A stretch of DNA of 64,000 bases from contig JAAVDF010000016.1 in NCBI GenBank assembly GCA_014801945.1, positions 5,857 to 69,856 of the forward strand. Reading direction: 5' to 3'. The notes beneath the pieces are model-generated. The model searched no databases. It had not been told where the DNA came from and worked only from the letters and a program-made list of their open reading frames with translations. Shown piece by piece: positions 19,094-29,348 of the stretch. Numbering within the stretch: the stretch's first letter is position 1; every line of letters begins with the position of its first letter. Origin of the DNA: Bacteroides sp. (lineage in GTDB: Bacteria > Bacteroidota > Bacteroidia > Bacteroidales > Muribaculaceae). A program made the position numbers and the translations under genes.

Positions 19094-21652
19094 TTAGATC
19101 CAGCGGACGAATGCGAAGTCCTGACGGTGGGGGAGTGCAGGATTCGAGGGATAGAGACGGTAGCTGTAGCGGAACACGCCCGGATCACGGAATTTGTCCT
19201 CAAGCTGGAATGTAACGATGTTGCCATCCTTTGCAGTCACCTTGAAGGGAACAGAGCCGAGACGTGCTTCCTGATTGTCATGGAGCTTGTCGCAGACAAG
19301 TTCGAGAGCGAGATCATCGGCAAGGCCGTTGGCATCGATCTTGACGGTGGTGACGAACTTGTCACCGCTGTTGCCCTGCTGGCTTACATCGCGGTCGGTT
19401 GTCACGTCGAGCACCTTGATACCATCCCAAGCGGCTGCGACTTTCTCCTTCCAAGCGGCGATCTCTTTGGCAAGCTTGCAGTCATCGGCAGAGAGCTTGT
19501 TGAAACGCTTGGCTTCGGGTTCGTAGAAACGCTCGATATAGTCTTCGATCATGCGCTGCATGGTGTATTGGGGTGCGATATGACCGATAGAACGCTTGAT
19601 GTACTGAATCCATTCAGGAGAGTAGCCCTTCGAGTTCTTAGCGAAGTAGAGGGGGATGATCTCGTTTTCAAGCATAGAGTAGATGGTAGCTGCGTCGAGC
19701 TTATCCTGCTGGCTCTGATCGGTGAACGTACGTTTGTCGGTGAGAGCCCAGCCGGCCTTTTCGTCGAGCTTGTAGCCTTCGTACCACCATCCGTCGAGCA
19801 CTGAGAAGTTGAGCACACCGTTCATCTCGGCCTTTTCGCCTGATGTACCGGATGCTTCGAGAGGACGGGTCGGGGTGTTGAGCCAGATATCTACACCGGT
19901 CACGAGACGCTTGGCCACGATCATGTTGTAGTCCTCAAGGAAGATGATCTTGCCTTGGAACTGGGGCATGCGTGAGATCTCCATGATGCGCTTGATGAGG
20001 CCCTGACCTGCGCCGTCGGCGGGGTGTGCCTTACCGGAGAAGATGAACTGCACGGGGAACTGCTCGTTGTTGACGATGCGAGCGAGACGCTCAAGGTCAG
20101 TGAAGAGAAGATGTGCGCGCTTGTATGTTGCGAAACGGCGTGCGAAGCCGATGATGAGAGCGTTGGGGTTGATGCGCTCAAGGATCTTGATCACGGCAGA
20201 GGGGTCGCCCTGATTTGCAAGCCACTTGGCCTTGAAATCACGCTTCACGAAGTTGATGAACTTATTCTTCATCGTGGTGCGCATGTTCCAGATCTCTTCA
20301 TCCTTAACTTTGAAGATGCCTTCCCAAGCCTTTGGATCGCTCTGGTGGCTGAACACCTGTTCGCCGAGTTTCTCGGTGTAGAACGCCTTCCATTCGCTTG
20401 CGGCCCAAGTGGGCATGTGGACACCGTTGGTGACGTAGCCTACGTGGCTTTCTTCCCAAGAGTATCCCTTCCAAACGCCGGCAAACATTTTCTTGGACAC
20501 TTCGCCGTGGAGCCAGCTCACACCGTTGGCTTCCTGACAGGTGTTGAGTGCGAACACGCTCATCGAGAAGCGGTCCTGACTGTCGGGGTTCTCGCGGCCC
20601 ATGTTCATGAGATCCTGCCAAGAGATGCCCAGACGAGCGGGGAATTCGTTGAGGTACTTGTAAGCAAGACCTTCGTCGAAGTAGTCGTGACCTGCAGGGA
20701 CAGGGGTGTGGACGGTATAGAGGCTTGACGAACGTACGAGTTCGAGAGCGGTATTGAAGTCGAGACCTTTCTCAACATAGTCAACGAGACGCTGGAGGTT
20801 GAGGAGGGCTGCATGGCCTTCGTTTGCGTGGTAGATGGTGTTGTGGATGCCGAGCTTCTTGAGGGCGAGCACACCACCGATACCGAGGAGGTATTCCTGC
20901 TTGATACGGTTTTCCCAGTCACCGCCGTAGAGCTGGTGAGTGATAGAACGATCCCACTCGCTGTTCATGTCGAAGTCGGTGTCGAGAAGATAGAGCTTCA
21001 TGCGGCCTACGTTCACACGCCAGATGTGGCTGTAGATGATGCGGCCGGGGAAGGGCACTTCAAGGATCATGGGATGACCGTTTACATCAGTTACCTGCTC
21101 GATGGGGAGCTGGTTGAAGTTCTGCGGTTCGTAGTTGGCAATCTGCTGGCCATCGACGCTGAGTGACTGGGTGAAGTAACCATAGCGGTAGAGGAAACCG
21201 ATAGCTGTCATATCGACGCGGCTGTCGGAAGCTTCCTTGATATAGTCACCTGCGAGTACACCGAGACCACCGGAGTAAATCTTGAGGCAGTTGCAGAGAC
21301 CATATTCCATAGAGAAGTAGGAAACGGAAGGAATGTCGGTGCGCATGGGCTTTGCCATGTACTCATTGAACATGGCGAAGACGCTCTGGATGCGTTCCAT
21401 CATTTCCTCGTCCCTCATCACTTCTTCGAGACGCTCGTTGGAGAGCTGCTGGAGGAGCATTACGGGGTTTTCACCGGTTGCGCGCCAGAGATCGGGATCA
21501 AGGTCGCGGAAGAGGTTCTTTGCTGCACTGTTCCACACCCACCACAGGTTGCGTGAGAGTGTTTCGAGGGGTTTCAATGCCTCTGGGAGCACTGATTTTA
21601 CAGTTAGGTCGCGCCACACGGGGGCATTAGTTTTGCTTACGGGCAGTTTCAT
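19094..21652 (-). CDS. glgP: Alpha-glucan (glycogen) phosphorylase, GT35
   Basis: [24 protein letters not shown] and [10 protein letters not shown] (PLP lysine) motifs. Confidence 0.96.
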   Translation of the reverse strand: MKLPVSKTNAPVWRDLTVKSVLPEALKPLETLSRNLWWVWNSAAKNLFRDLDPDLWRATGENPVMLLQQLSNERLEEVMRDEEMMERIQSVFAMFNEYMAKPMRTDIPSVSYFSMEYGLCNCLKIYSGGLGVLAGDYIKEASDSRVDMTAIGFLYRYGYFTQSLSVDGQQIANYEPQNFNQLPIEQVTDVNGHPMILEVPFPGRIIYSHIWRVNVGRMKLYLLDTDFDMNSEWDRSITHQLYGGDWENRIKQEYLLGIGGVLALKKLGIHNTIYHANEGHAALLNLQRLVDYVEKGLDFNTALELVRSSSLYTVHTPVPAGHDYFDEGLAYKYLNEFPARLGISWQDLMNMGRENPDSQDRFSMSVFALNTCQEANGVSWLHGEVSKKMFAGVWKGYSWEESHVGYVTNGVHMPTWAASEWKAFYTEKLGEQVFSHQSDPKAWEGIFKVKDEEIWNMRTTMKNKFINFVKRDFKAKWLANQGDPSAVIKILERINPNALIIGFARRFATYKRAHLLFTDLERLARIVNNEQFPVQFIFSGKAHPADGAGQGLIKRIMEISRMPQFQGKIIFLEDYNMIVAKRLVTGVDIWLNTPTRPLEASGTSGEKAEMNGVLNFSVLDGWWYEGYKLDEKAGWALTDKRTFTDQSQQDKLDAATIYSMLENEIIPLYFAKNSKGYSPEWIQYIKRSIGHIAPQYTMQRMIEDYIERFYEPEAKRFNKLSADDCKLAKEIAAWKEKVAAAWDGIKVLDVTTDRDVSQQGNSGDKFVTTVKIDANGLADDLALELVCDKLHDNQEARLGSVPFKVTAKDGNIVTFQLEDKFRDPGVFRYSYRLYPSNPALPHRQDFAFVRWI

Positions 21653-21838
21653 ATTCTTTAAAAGTTATGTTTTCTTGATAGCCGATGGAATGACGCTGTT
21701 TTTTTCTGATCGGCCATTTCATCGGATTGATGATATAAGTGTGTTAAAGTATTATTGAAAATCCGTTTGGAATTATATAAGTGGTGCGGACGCCGGAAAG
21801 ATCATGGTTGGCTTTCCGGCATTCCGTTCATGGTCGGG

Positions 21839-23572
21839 TCAGATATTCTTGGACTGCTCCATGCGCTTGGCTGCTTTCTCCAGAGCGAGGTGATATGCTT
21901 CATCATAATACCTCATGAATTTTGCCCAAGCTGCTTCTGAGGCGGTCTGCATGGCTGCTTTATGGATCTTTTTGATATCCTTCTCGCTGGCGCAGGTCAG
22001 ATATTGGATCGAATGAGCGATATTTTCGACAACATTGCTGTAGTTTGAATCACCACGGCCGATGACATTCACGCCGCATTCGTCAAAGTAATTTTCCGAA
22101 GTCTTGAGTGCCCACTGGCCGAAACCGGATAGCGAGGTCGTGACTGTCGGGACACCGAAAGCAACGCTTTCAAGAGGAGTGTAGCCCCACGGCTCATAGT
22201 AGGAGGGGAACACTGTCGCGTCAGCTCCCGGCAGGAGATCATAGTAGGAGAGATTGAACACTCCGTCAGTCCCGTTGAGATAACAGGGGACATAAATTAC
22301 AGTGACTCTGCCGTCGGGGTTGGCGAAGCCGAGCTGATGGATGCGGCAGTTGACGGCATCTGAGTCCGGATTGTTGAGCCAATGGGTTAGGACGGGATCG
22401 GCAAGAGGAGACTCATCATTGACAAACGGAGTGTCGTTCATGGTGCTCATGCGCGCTTTCAGATCCTCGCGGGCCTCCTTTGACCATGCGGGAACCATCA
22501 CGAAAGCAACTACATTACGGCAGGTGTCCAAGTGACGGAGACGGTCACACACGTCAAGGAATACATCGAGTCCCTTGTTGCGGTATTCGCAGCGTCCGCT
22601 GGAGATGACGATGAAAGTGTTGTCGTCCATGCGCTTGCCGGTGAGGGCTGAAGCTGCGGTTAGCATCCGGTCACGGGCCTGACGGCGGGCTGCCGGAAGT
22701 TTGGCTGCTGAGGGTACGAAATTCTTTTCAAAACCATTGGGGGTCACCACGTCGGGCCGACGCTCAAGCAACTGTTCACACTCTGTGGCAGTGATGTCAC
22801 TCACGGTAGTAAAGACATCGGCTGCGTGTGCGGCTTGCTTTTCAAGCGAGTGCTTGGCTTCCATGTTGAGTTCGCGGGCCATCTGGTCACCGTTATAGCC
22901 CTTCATATAGTCATAGAGGGGCTTGTTGTTGCCGCAGATGCTGCGGCCTATGCTGGTTGCATGAGTGGTGAATACGGTGGCAACCTGCGGAAGCTTCCAC
23001 TTCACGTAAAGGAGTCCCATTCCGGTGGTCCATTCATCGAAATGAGCGATGATACGTGTCGGGTTCTTACGGGAAATGCGTCCGGTAGGAGTAAGGTTTG
23101 CACCGTAGCCGCTTGCAATGATTGATTCGATTACGATGCCGGATGCGTGGGCGAAGGCACAACCTTCGTCATAATCTCCGTAGGCATGCAGTGAATCAAC
23201 ACCGAAACGATTCCACATTTCGCCATAGAATTCATCCTTGACGGCATACATTCCGTCGAATTTAACAAGGACGGCTATGGGACGGCCGGGAACTTCCCAG
23301 CGACCGACTCTGACGGCAACTCCGTCAGGGAGTTTGGCTGAAGAAGCCCATTCGGTGAGACCGTCAACCTTGCATTCGGTGAACCAAGGTGAGGGGCTAT
23401 CAGAGGTCCAGACATCTGGACCAATAAAAATTACTTTATCCGGATAAAGTTTCTGGAGTGTCTTGGCCTTAGTGGACAGGACGGTGTAGATGCCACCAAT
23501 CTTATTACAGACCTCCCAGCTTACCTCAAACAAGAGGTTGACCTGAGGTACTGCAGTTGTTGTGTCCATCAT
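21839..23572 (-). CDS. Glycogen synthase (GT3-like, Bacteroidales type)
   Basis: EVSWEVCNKIGGIYTV, FTTHAT, NKGLD and PSYYEPWGYTPLE motifs. Start moved to 23572 because a TAACTTTG promoter lies at 23602-23609. Confidence 0.92.
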   Translation of the reverse strand: MMDTTTAVPQVNLLFEVSWEVCNKIGGIYTVLSTKAKTLQKLYPDKVIFIGPDVWTSDSPSPWFTECKVDGLTEWASSAKLPDGVAVRVGRWEVPGRPIAVLVKFDGMYAVKDEFYGEMWNRFGVDSLHAYGDYDEGCAFAHASGIVIESIIASGYGANLTPTGRISRKNPTRIIAHFDEWTTGMGLLYVKWKLPQVATVFTTHATSIGRSICGNNKPLYDYMKGYNGDQMARELNMEAKHSLEKQAAHAADVFTTVSDITATECEQLLERRPDVVTPNGFEKNFVPSAAKLPAARRQARDRMLTAASALTGKRMDDNTFIVISSGRCEYRNKGLDVFLDVCDRLRHLDTCRNVVAFVMVPAWSKEAREDLKARMSTMNDTPFVNDESPLADPVLTHWLNNPDSDAVNCRIHQLGFANPDGRVTVIYVPCYLNGTDGVFNLSYYDLLPGADATVFPSYYEPWGYTPLESVAFGVPTVTTSLSGFGQWALKTSENYFDECGVNVIGRGDSNYSNVVENIAHSIQYLTCASEKDIKKIHKAAMQTASEAAWAKFMRYYDEAYHLALEKAAKRMEQSKNI

Positions 23573-23831
23573 TCTTCTTAGATATTTACGTTTTCGAGGC
23601 GCAAAGTTACGCATTTTTTTGTAAATATCAGCAAGATAGATGTAAAATGACTTTAAAAACGGCCTTAGGAATGCCTCAGATTACGATAGCAGGCCCTTAA
23701 AACATCTTAATATTCCTACAATATCCCTTACGTAAGGCCATCTTTTGGCGTTTCGGGCGATTATACTTATCTTTGCAGAAGAATTTTTAACAATTATCGG
23801 TAATTTATGAATTTTTAACAATAAACCAACC

Positions 23832-25280
23832 ATGAAAAAATCAGTTATCGCATTAATGCTGGTTTGTGCGCTTGGAGGCGGAGGCTTTGCCAACACCGTG
23901 TCAGCACAGTCACAATCGGCCAAGCAGAAGGCCGAGGAGCGTTCGAAAGCCGAAGCCCAGGCTTGGAACGAACTTTATCCGGAAATCGAGAAGGCCATTC
24001 TGGCTCCCACTTTCCGCGACAAGGATTATCCTATCTTCAAATTCGGTAAGAAATCCAACACTGAGGGCTATCTCTACACCGAACTTATCAACAGTGTGAT
24101 TGACCGCTGTTCGCGTGAAGGCGGCGGCCGTGTAGTCATTCCTGCCGGAACTTGGCTCACAGGCCCGATCACTCTGAAGAGCAATGTCAACCTCCATCTT
24201 GAGGAGGGTGCCACACTCCTTTTCACTCCCGATCTGAAAGAATATCCGATCGTGCGTACCCGTTGGGAAGGTGTCGATTGCTACAACTATCAGCCGATGG
24301 TCTATGCCTATCAGCAGGAGAACATCGCTATCACCGGCAAGGGTACTCTCGACGGTGGCGGTGAGTTCGGAAACTGGTGGCGCATGTGTGGTGCGAAGCA
24401 TTTCGGTTGGGAAGAGGGCATCGTGTCACAGCGCATAGGCCGTCCGATTCTCCTCGAATGGAACGAAAAGGGTGTCCCCGTGGAGCAGCGTCGTCTTGGC
24501 GACGGCTACGGAATGCGTGTTCAGCTCGTCAATCCGATGATGTGTAAGAATGTGCTGATCGAGGGCGTGACCATGCTCCGTTCACCTTTCTGGGTCATAC
24601 ATCCCGCGCTTTGCGACAATGTGACCGTCCGCAACGTCCATGTTCAGAACGAAGGTCCTAACGGTGACGGATGTGATCCCGACGCATGCAAGAATGTGTT
24701 GATCGAGGGTTGCTATTTCGACACCGGTGATGACTGCATCGCCATCAAGAGCGGACGTAACCGCGACGGACGTGACGGCCGTCCCTCTGAGAATATCATC
24801 GTGCGCAACTGCCAGATGAAGAACGGTCACGGTGGTGTGGTTGTCGGCAGTGAGATTTCCGGTGGCTACCGTAACCTCTTCGTGGAGAACTGCAAGATGG
24901 ACTCACCCCTGCTTGACCGCGTGATCCGTATCAAGACCAACAATTGCCGTGGCGGTATCATCGAGAATATCTATGTCCGTAACGTTGAGGTGGGTCAGTG
25001 CAAGGAAGCCGTTCTGAAGATCAATCTTATCTATGATCCAAAGGAAGTGTGCAACCGTGCGTATGCACCTATTGTCCGCAATGTCTATCTTGACAACGTG
25101 AACTGCAAGAAGAGCCAGTATGGTGTCTATATCGATGCTTATGATGACCGCTGCAATGTCAACAACGTAGAGGTGCGCAACTCAAGCTTCGACGGTGTGC
25201 AGAAGGGTGCGTTCCTCCTCAATGGTCAGGCTTCCGACGTGCGTTTCACCAATCTCAAGATCAACGGCAACGCCATGTGA
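23832..25280 (+). CDS. Glycoside hydrolase family 28 (polygalacturonase-like)
   Basis: Signal peptide; NGDG, GDDCIAIKSG, GHGG and RIK motifs; TATCTTTG promoter at 23768-23775. Confidence 0.92.
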   Translation: MKKSVIALMLVCALGGGGFANTVSAQSQSAKQKAEERSKAEAQAWNELYPEIEKAILAPTFRDKDYPIFKFGKKSNTEGYLYTELINSVIDRCSREGGGRVVIPAGTWLTGPITLKSNVNLHLEEGATLLFTPDLKEYPIVRTRWEGVDCYNYQPMVYAYQQENIAITGKGTLDGGGEFGNWWRMCGAKHFGWEEGIVSQRIGRPILLEWNEKGVPVEQRRLGDGYGMRVQLVNPMMCKNVLIEGVTMLRSPFWVIHPALCDNVTVRNVHVQNEGPNGDGCDPDACKNVLIEGCYFDTGDDCIAIKSGRNRDGRDGRPSENIIVRNCQMKNGHGGVVVGSEISGGYRNLFVENCKMDSPLLDRVIRIKTNNCRGGIIENIYVRNVEVGQCKEAVLKINLIYDPKEVCNRAYAPIVRNVYLDNVNCKKSQYGVYIDAYDDRCNVNNVEVRNSSFDGVQKGAFLLNGQASDVRFTNLKINGNAM

Positions 25281-25362
25281 TCCATACGGGAGACCGTGTC
25301 GGAATAATTGATATGCGGGTTCTGCAACCGGTTGAATCCGGACAAGATCCCTTGGAAAAACG

Positions 25363-25405
25363 AAAAATGGCGCATGAAATCTACGGGATTTCATGCGCCA
25401 TTTTT
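25363..25405. terminator. Bidirectional terminator between the GH28 and GH51 genes
   Basis: aaaaatggcgcatgaaatc / gatttcatgcgccattttt 19-bp inverted repeat. Confidence 0.85.
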
Positions 25406-25441
25406 GCGTTTACGAATATCATTTAAGAGGATATGCTCCGT

Positions 25442-27418
25442 TCATTTAAGGATATATACCCCGAAGGTCTTGGCGGGGAGGGTGACGCTTACTTCCGAAG
25501 CTTTGTCAGGAACGGCGATGAGGGTTTCAACCGGAGCGATGCGCGAGGGATTGTCGAGCGTATTGTCCGCGTCCGGGTCATCGGCGGAGAGTGTGATGGC
25601 ACGGCATTCCGTCATATATTGATTCCGTTTCAGCCCTTTGAATGTAAGCGTGAGTTCACGTGGGGAATCTGAGGTGTTGACAGCTTTCACGATATATTGG
25701 CCGTCGTTTTCATCAATGACAGCCGAAGCGAAAAGTCCGTCCTGACCTTCCGTACCGGTGACGGGCCGGCCGCCGAGTGTGAGCGGGAGGACACGTGTTC
25801 CCTTGTTGACGGAGTAGAGTTGCTGCACGTAGTAGCTCGCTGTGGGGATTGAGTTGAGATTGTCGAACCAGATCATGTCGGGTCGCCATTGCCATCCCTC
25901 TACGTGGGCAAAAAGCGGTGCGTAGGTGGCCATGTGGACGATGTCGGCGTTACGTTCCAGACCTGTCATGAATGCTGCTTCCATGAGGGCGGCATTGAAA
26001 TGGTTGTACTTTTTTCCCTTGCCGTGGCAGGCATACTCTCCGGCAAAGACTTTCGGACCTTTACGGTCATAGTTGTCATAGCGGTCGGCCTGAGTGAGGA
26101 AGAAAGTTTCAGGTGCGTAGTAGTGTTCATCGACTAGATCGGCATTGAGACGCTTCATCTCCGGCCATAGGTAATCGAATTTGTCTCCTGACGCGCTCGG
26201 CCCGGAAGAGCCTACGATGTTGATGTCGGGGTAGCGCGAGCGGATGGCGTCGATGAAGGGGGCGAGGTGTTCAGGGTATTCCGGTCCCCACTGTTCGTTG
26301 CCGATGGCTATGAATTTCAGTCCGAATGGTTCGGGATGCCCCATGTCGGCGCGCAGTTTTCCCCACCGGCTGTCGGCAGGGCCATTGGCAAATTCGATGA
26401 GGTCAAGTGCATCGTCGATATATGGCTGTAGGCTATCGACAGGGACATGCGCGGCCATATCTTTGTTCTGAAACTGACATGCGAGTCCGACACTCAACAC
26501 CGGCAGGGGTTCCGCCCCGATTTCTTCGGCAAGCAGGAAGTATTCGTAGAATCCCAGTCCATAGCTTTGGTAATAATCCGGGAAGTGGCGGTGACGGAAT
26601 GTGTAGTGCCAGCGGTTTTCGTTAAGCGGACGGTTTTCGACCGGCCCGACACTGTTTTTCCACTGATAGCGGGTGTCGAGATCCGTTCCTTCGACGATGC
26701 ATCCGCCGGGGAAGCGGAACACTCCGGGATGGATATCGGCAAGTTTCTGCGCGAGATCACGGCGAAGACCGTTTTCATGGCCTTTCCATGTGTCGGTGGG
26801 GAAAAGCGATATATGTTCGAGGTCGCAGACGCCGTCTGATTCGAGGAATATGCGCAGCCGGCCGTTGCTGACAGTGGCTTCCGGAGTAAGGGTTACTGTG
26901 TAACGCTCCCAGTCAGCCGATTTTATGCTTATGGATGCCGAAGCCATCACCTGTGTCTCGCCCATCGAGGCAGGATCGGTCAGCTCGACGCGGATTTTGG
27001 ATGGACGGTCGCTGACGGCGCGCGCCCACACGCTGAAACGGTAGCTCTCACCTTTGGTGAAGGCCACACCGAAGAAGCCCTCGTTGGTGAGACCGGTGAA
27101 TTTGTGCGGATGGCCTGATGGCAGGAGACGGACGTAGTGTGGATTACGCTCAAAAGGGCCTCCTTCGTCACGGACGCTGACTTTGCCGAAGCTTTCCCAG
27201 CCCATGAGTGACTGAGGAAATTCAAAGGAGCGGTTTTTGATCATTTCGGCATATAGGCCGCCGTCCGCAGCATAATTTATGTCCTCGAAGAAGAGGCCAT
27301 ACATGGTGGGCTGTATTTCCGCTCCGGGTTTGTCGGCACGGATGATGAGCTGATCATTGGCCGCTACGCCCTGCGAACAGATCAGCAGGAGTGAAAAGAC
27401 TGTTGATTTTATATTCAT
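25442..27418 (-). CDS. Alpha-L-arabinofuranosidase, GH51
   Basis: FFEDINYAADGGLYAE, RFPGGC, IGNE, DEHYY, GEYA and YAPL motifs. Confidence 0.92.
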   Translation of the reverse strand: MNIKSTVFSLLLICSQGVAANDQLIIRADKPGAEIQPTMYGLFFEDINYAADGGLYAEMIKNRSFEFPQSLMGWESFGKVSVRDEGGPFERNPHYVRLLPSGHPHKFTGLTNEGFFGVAFTKGESYRFSVWARAVSDRPSKIRVELTDPASMGETQVMASASISIKSADWERYTVTLTPEATVSNGRLRIFLESDGVCDLEHISLFPTDTWKGHENGLRRDLAQKLADIHPGVFRFPGGCIVEGTDLDTRYQWKNSVGPVENRPLNENRWHYTFRHRHFPDYYQSYGLGFYEYFLLAEEIGAEPLPVLSVGLACQFQNKDMAAHVPVDSLQPYIDDALDLIEFANGPADSRWGKLRADMGHPEPFGLKFIAIGNEQWGPEYPEHLAPFIDAIRSRYPDINIVGSSGPSASGDKFDYLWPEMKRLNADLVDEHYYAPETFFLTQADRYDNYDRKGPKVFAGEYACHGKGKKYNHFNAALMEAAFMTGLERNADIVHMATYAPLFAHVEGWQWRPDMIWFDNLNSIPTASYYVQQLYSVNKGTRVLPLTLGGRPVTGTEGQDGLFASAVIDENDGQYIVKAVNTSDSPRELTLTFKGLKRNQYMTECRAITLSADDPDADNTLDNPSRIAPVETLIAVPDKASEVSVTLPAKTFGVYILK

Positions 27419-27454
27419 AAGCAGATGGCATTAGATTTATGCAAAGGTATGAAT

Positions 27455-27536
27455 AAAGTTTAAGAGTTTAAAAGTTTAGAGTTTAGATAATACTTCAGGT
27501 AATATCATTCTTTAAACTCTTAAACTTTTAAACTCC
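27455..27536. repeat. Hairpin element with (A)AGAGTTT-type 7-8-mer arms (family copy 2)
   Basis: 27455-27472 is the reverse complement of 27511-27528; 27470-27493 matches 9813-9836 at 22/24 nt. Confidence 0.85.
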
Positions 27537-27553
27537 TTAGACCCCAAAATATA

Positions 27554-27594
27554 GCCGCCCGGCTGCATCCTTGCGTAAAGGTCAGCCGAGCGGC
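27554..27594 (-). terminator. Probable terminator of the Sus cluster
   Basis: gccgcccggctg / cagccgagcggc GC stem followed by an AT-rich tract on the minus strand. Confidence 0.6.
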
Positions 27595-27637
27595 ATTCAG
27601 ATTGAAATAAAGGGGCAGGGTTGGTTGGAGGCGTTTT

Positions 27638-27716
27638 AGTTTAGGAGTTTAAGGGTTTAATAAGTTTAGACATACAATCGCACGAAGTATTTTCTAAACT
27701 TTAAACTCTAAACTCT
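27638..27716. repeat. Degenerate hairpin element with AGTTTAR arms (family copy 3)
   Basis: Left arm ..AGTTTAGACATAC; right arm reads AGAGTTTAGAGTTTAAAGTTTAGAAAATAC on the minus strand. Confidence 0.75.
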
Positions 27717-27720
27717 GACC

Positions 27721-29190
27721 TCACTTAACCACCGTAGCGGTGTAGGGGAGCGAGCTGAGGTTGAGAGTGATGGTCACTTCACCGGTTTCAGGAACAGGGA
27801 TATTGTCTGCGCCGGGGGTGAGATCGTCGAGTGAACCGCCGAGATTGATGTCCCAACCGTTGTTTGCACGGAACTTGAACGTACCTTCTTTAAGCGTGGT
27901 CTTGACTGTCCAAGTCAGGAAGTCAGCCGAAGGAGTCATGACAGTCTCGTTGTCCCATCCGCCGGGAGTACCGTCACCGATGATGCCGATGGTGTTGATT
28001 GCAGTGGCTGTATAGGTCAGGCCTACGATGTCGGCTGTACACCAGTAAAGACCGTTGCCGAGGGCTTCGTCGTTCTGTGTCACCTTCAGATTGCCTGCAC
28101 CGGGATCGGTCGAAAGTTTACCTGCGCTTGCAAATCCGAAGTTGGTGTGATCCCAGTCGGGAGCAGAGGTGAACTTGAATTCGCCGTCGATGTGGACGTA
28201 ACCCTCATAGTTCTTATAGTCGTTGGTGTAGAGGAGCTGCGATGCACCCTGATTCCATCCGTTTGCGGGGCCGGGAGTCCAGAGGTTGGGGATGGCGAGC
28301 TGTACGGAGTAAGAGTACAGGTCATCACTGTCAGGACGCACGTTCACTGTGATGAGATGCTTGTTGCTTGCATTGATCACACCGAAGATGCCTTCGCTTG
28401 CATCGCGGTTGACAAGATAGCCTTCGAAGTCACTTGCAAGTTCGGGATCGCTGGGCGCGAGGACAGTACCCTTGCCGGCCGAGAGGGTCGAGCGGGGAAC
28501 TACGGCCCAGTTGTAGCCGCCGGCTGCTTCATCGGAAGTGATATCAACCACAACAGAGAATACTGGATCATCGTAAGGACTTGCACCGCTGTTGGTCATC
28601 TTGATAGCCTTGCTTGCATCAATAGAGCCGTTTGTGCATGTGCCGATGATGTAATACTCCTCCTCGACGGTGAAGTCAGGAGCAAAAGGTTTGATGCTTG
28701 CGGTCATCGGACAGTAATACACGTCAGCACCACCGAGACGGACTGTCGAAGCTCCGTTTACAGCATAAGCTTTAAAATGGATATCTACGGTTTTTGCAGC
28801 AGGATCGAGGGTTGTGAATATTTTATGGAAAGCTGCATCGAGATCATCGGGATTCGCGTAGATTTTATTATCGGTAACGGTTGTCGAAAATTCTGCGGGA
28901 GCATTGAAGGAATTATCTGCTGCCATCTGACCAATAAACGAGAGGTTGTAATTCTCCGGCAAATTCTCTACGGCTTTGATTTCGGCAATTTCGACGAGTG
29001 CGTTAGCGTTGTTGATCTCATCAAGATTCACTGTTCCTGAGACGAGTGAGGTGAGTTCGAGACTTGATGCATCAAAAATGGTTTCCTGAGGATTTGACTG
29101 ACCCGGTGGGTTGGGGAAATCAAAATCATTGTCGCAGGAGGCCAGTCCGAGACCAAGTGCAAATATGCTGAATAATACTGATTTTTTCAT
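27721..29190 (-). CDS. SusF-like (DUF5115) surface glycan-binding lipoprotein
   Basis: Lipobox LASC-DND; CBM-like repeats with GIIGDGTPGGWD and FKFRANNGWDINLGG. Confidence 0.85.
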   Translation of the reverse strand: MKKSVLFSIFALGLGLASCDNDFDFPNPPGQSNPQETIFDASSLELTSLVSGTVNLDEINNANALVEIAEIKAVENLPENYNLSFIGQMAADNSFNAPAEFSTTVTDNKIYANPDDLDAAFHKIFTTLDPAAKTVDIHFKAYAVNGASTVRLGGADVYYCPMTASIKPFAPDFTVEEEYYIIGTCTNGSIDASKAIKMTNSGASPYDDPVFSVVVDITSDEAAGGYNWAVVPRSTLSAGKGTVLAPSDPELASDFEGYLVNRDASEGIFGVINASNKHLITVNVRPDSDDLYSYSVQLAIPNLWTPGPANGWNQGASQLLYTNDYKNYEGYVHIDGEFKFTSAPDWDHTNFGFASAGKLSTDPGAGNLKVTQNDEALGNGLYWCTADIVGLTYTATAINTIGIIGDGTPGGWDNETVMTPSADFLTWTVKTTLKEGTFKFRANNGWDINLGGSLDDLTPGADNIPVPETGEVTITLNLSSLPYTATVVK

Positions 29191-29250
29191 TATCGTGTTT
29201 GTAATTACGAGTTTTTATATGGTGAAGCGTCATGTAAAGAAGATTGTCCA

Positions 29251-29314
29251 AGGTTGTAGGGTGCGCGGGTAAACCGTAATGTATAAATCGGTTTAATCGC
29301 AGACCCTACGACCT
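29251..29314. repeat. GTAG-type REP-like hairpin between the susE- and susF-like genes
   Basis: aggttgtagggt..accctacgacct with an inner taaaccg/cggttta stem. Confidence 0.55.
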
Positions 29315-29348
29315 GACTGTTACTTTTTAGTTACTTCAGCCTGATTAT

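Noticed and set aside
19031-21166. Long plus-strand ORFs (257, 234 and 117 aa) antisense to glgP
   Set aside because: Shadow frames produced by strong codon bias of the real gene; no motifs or translation signals.
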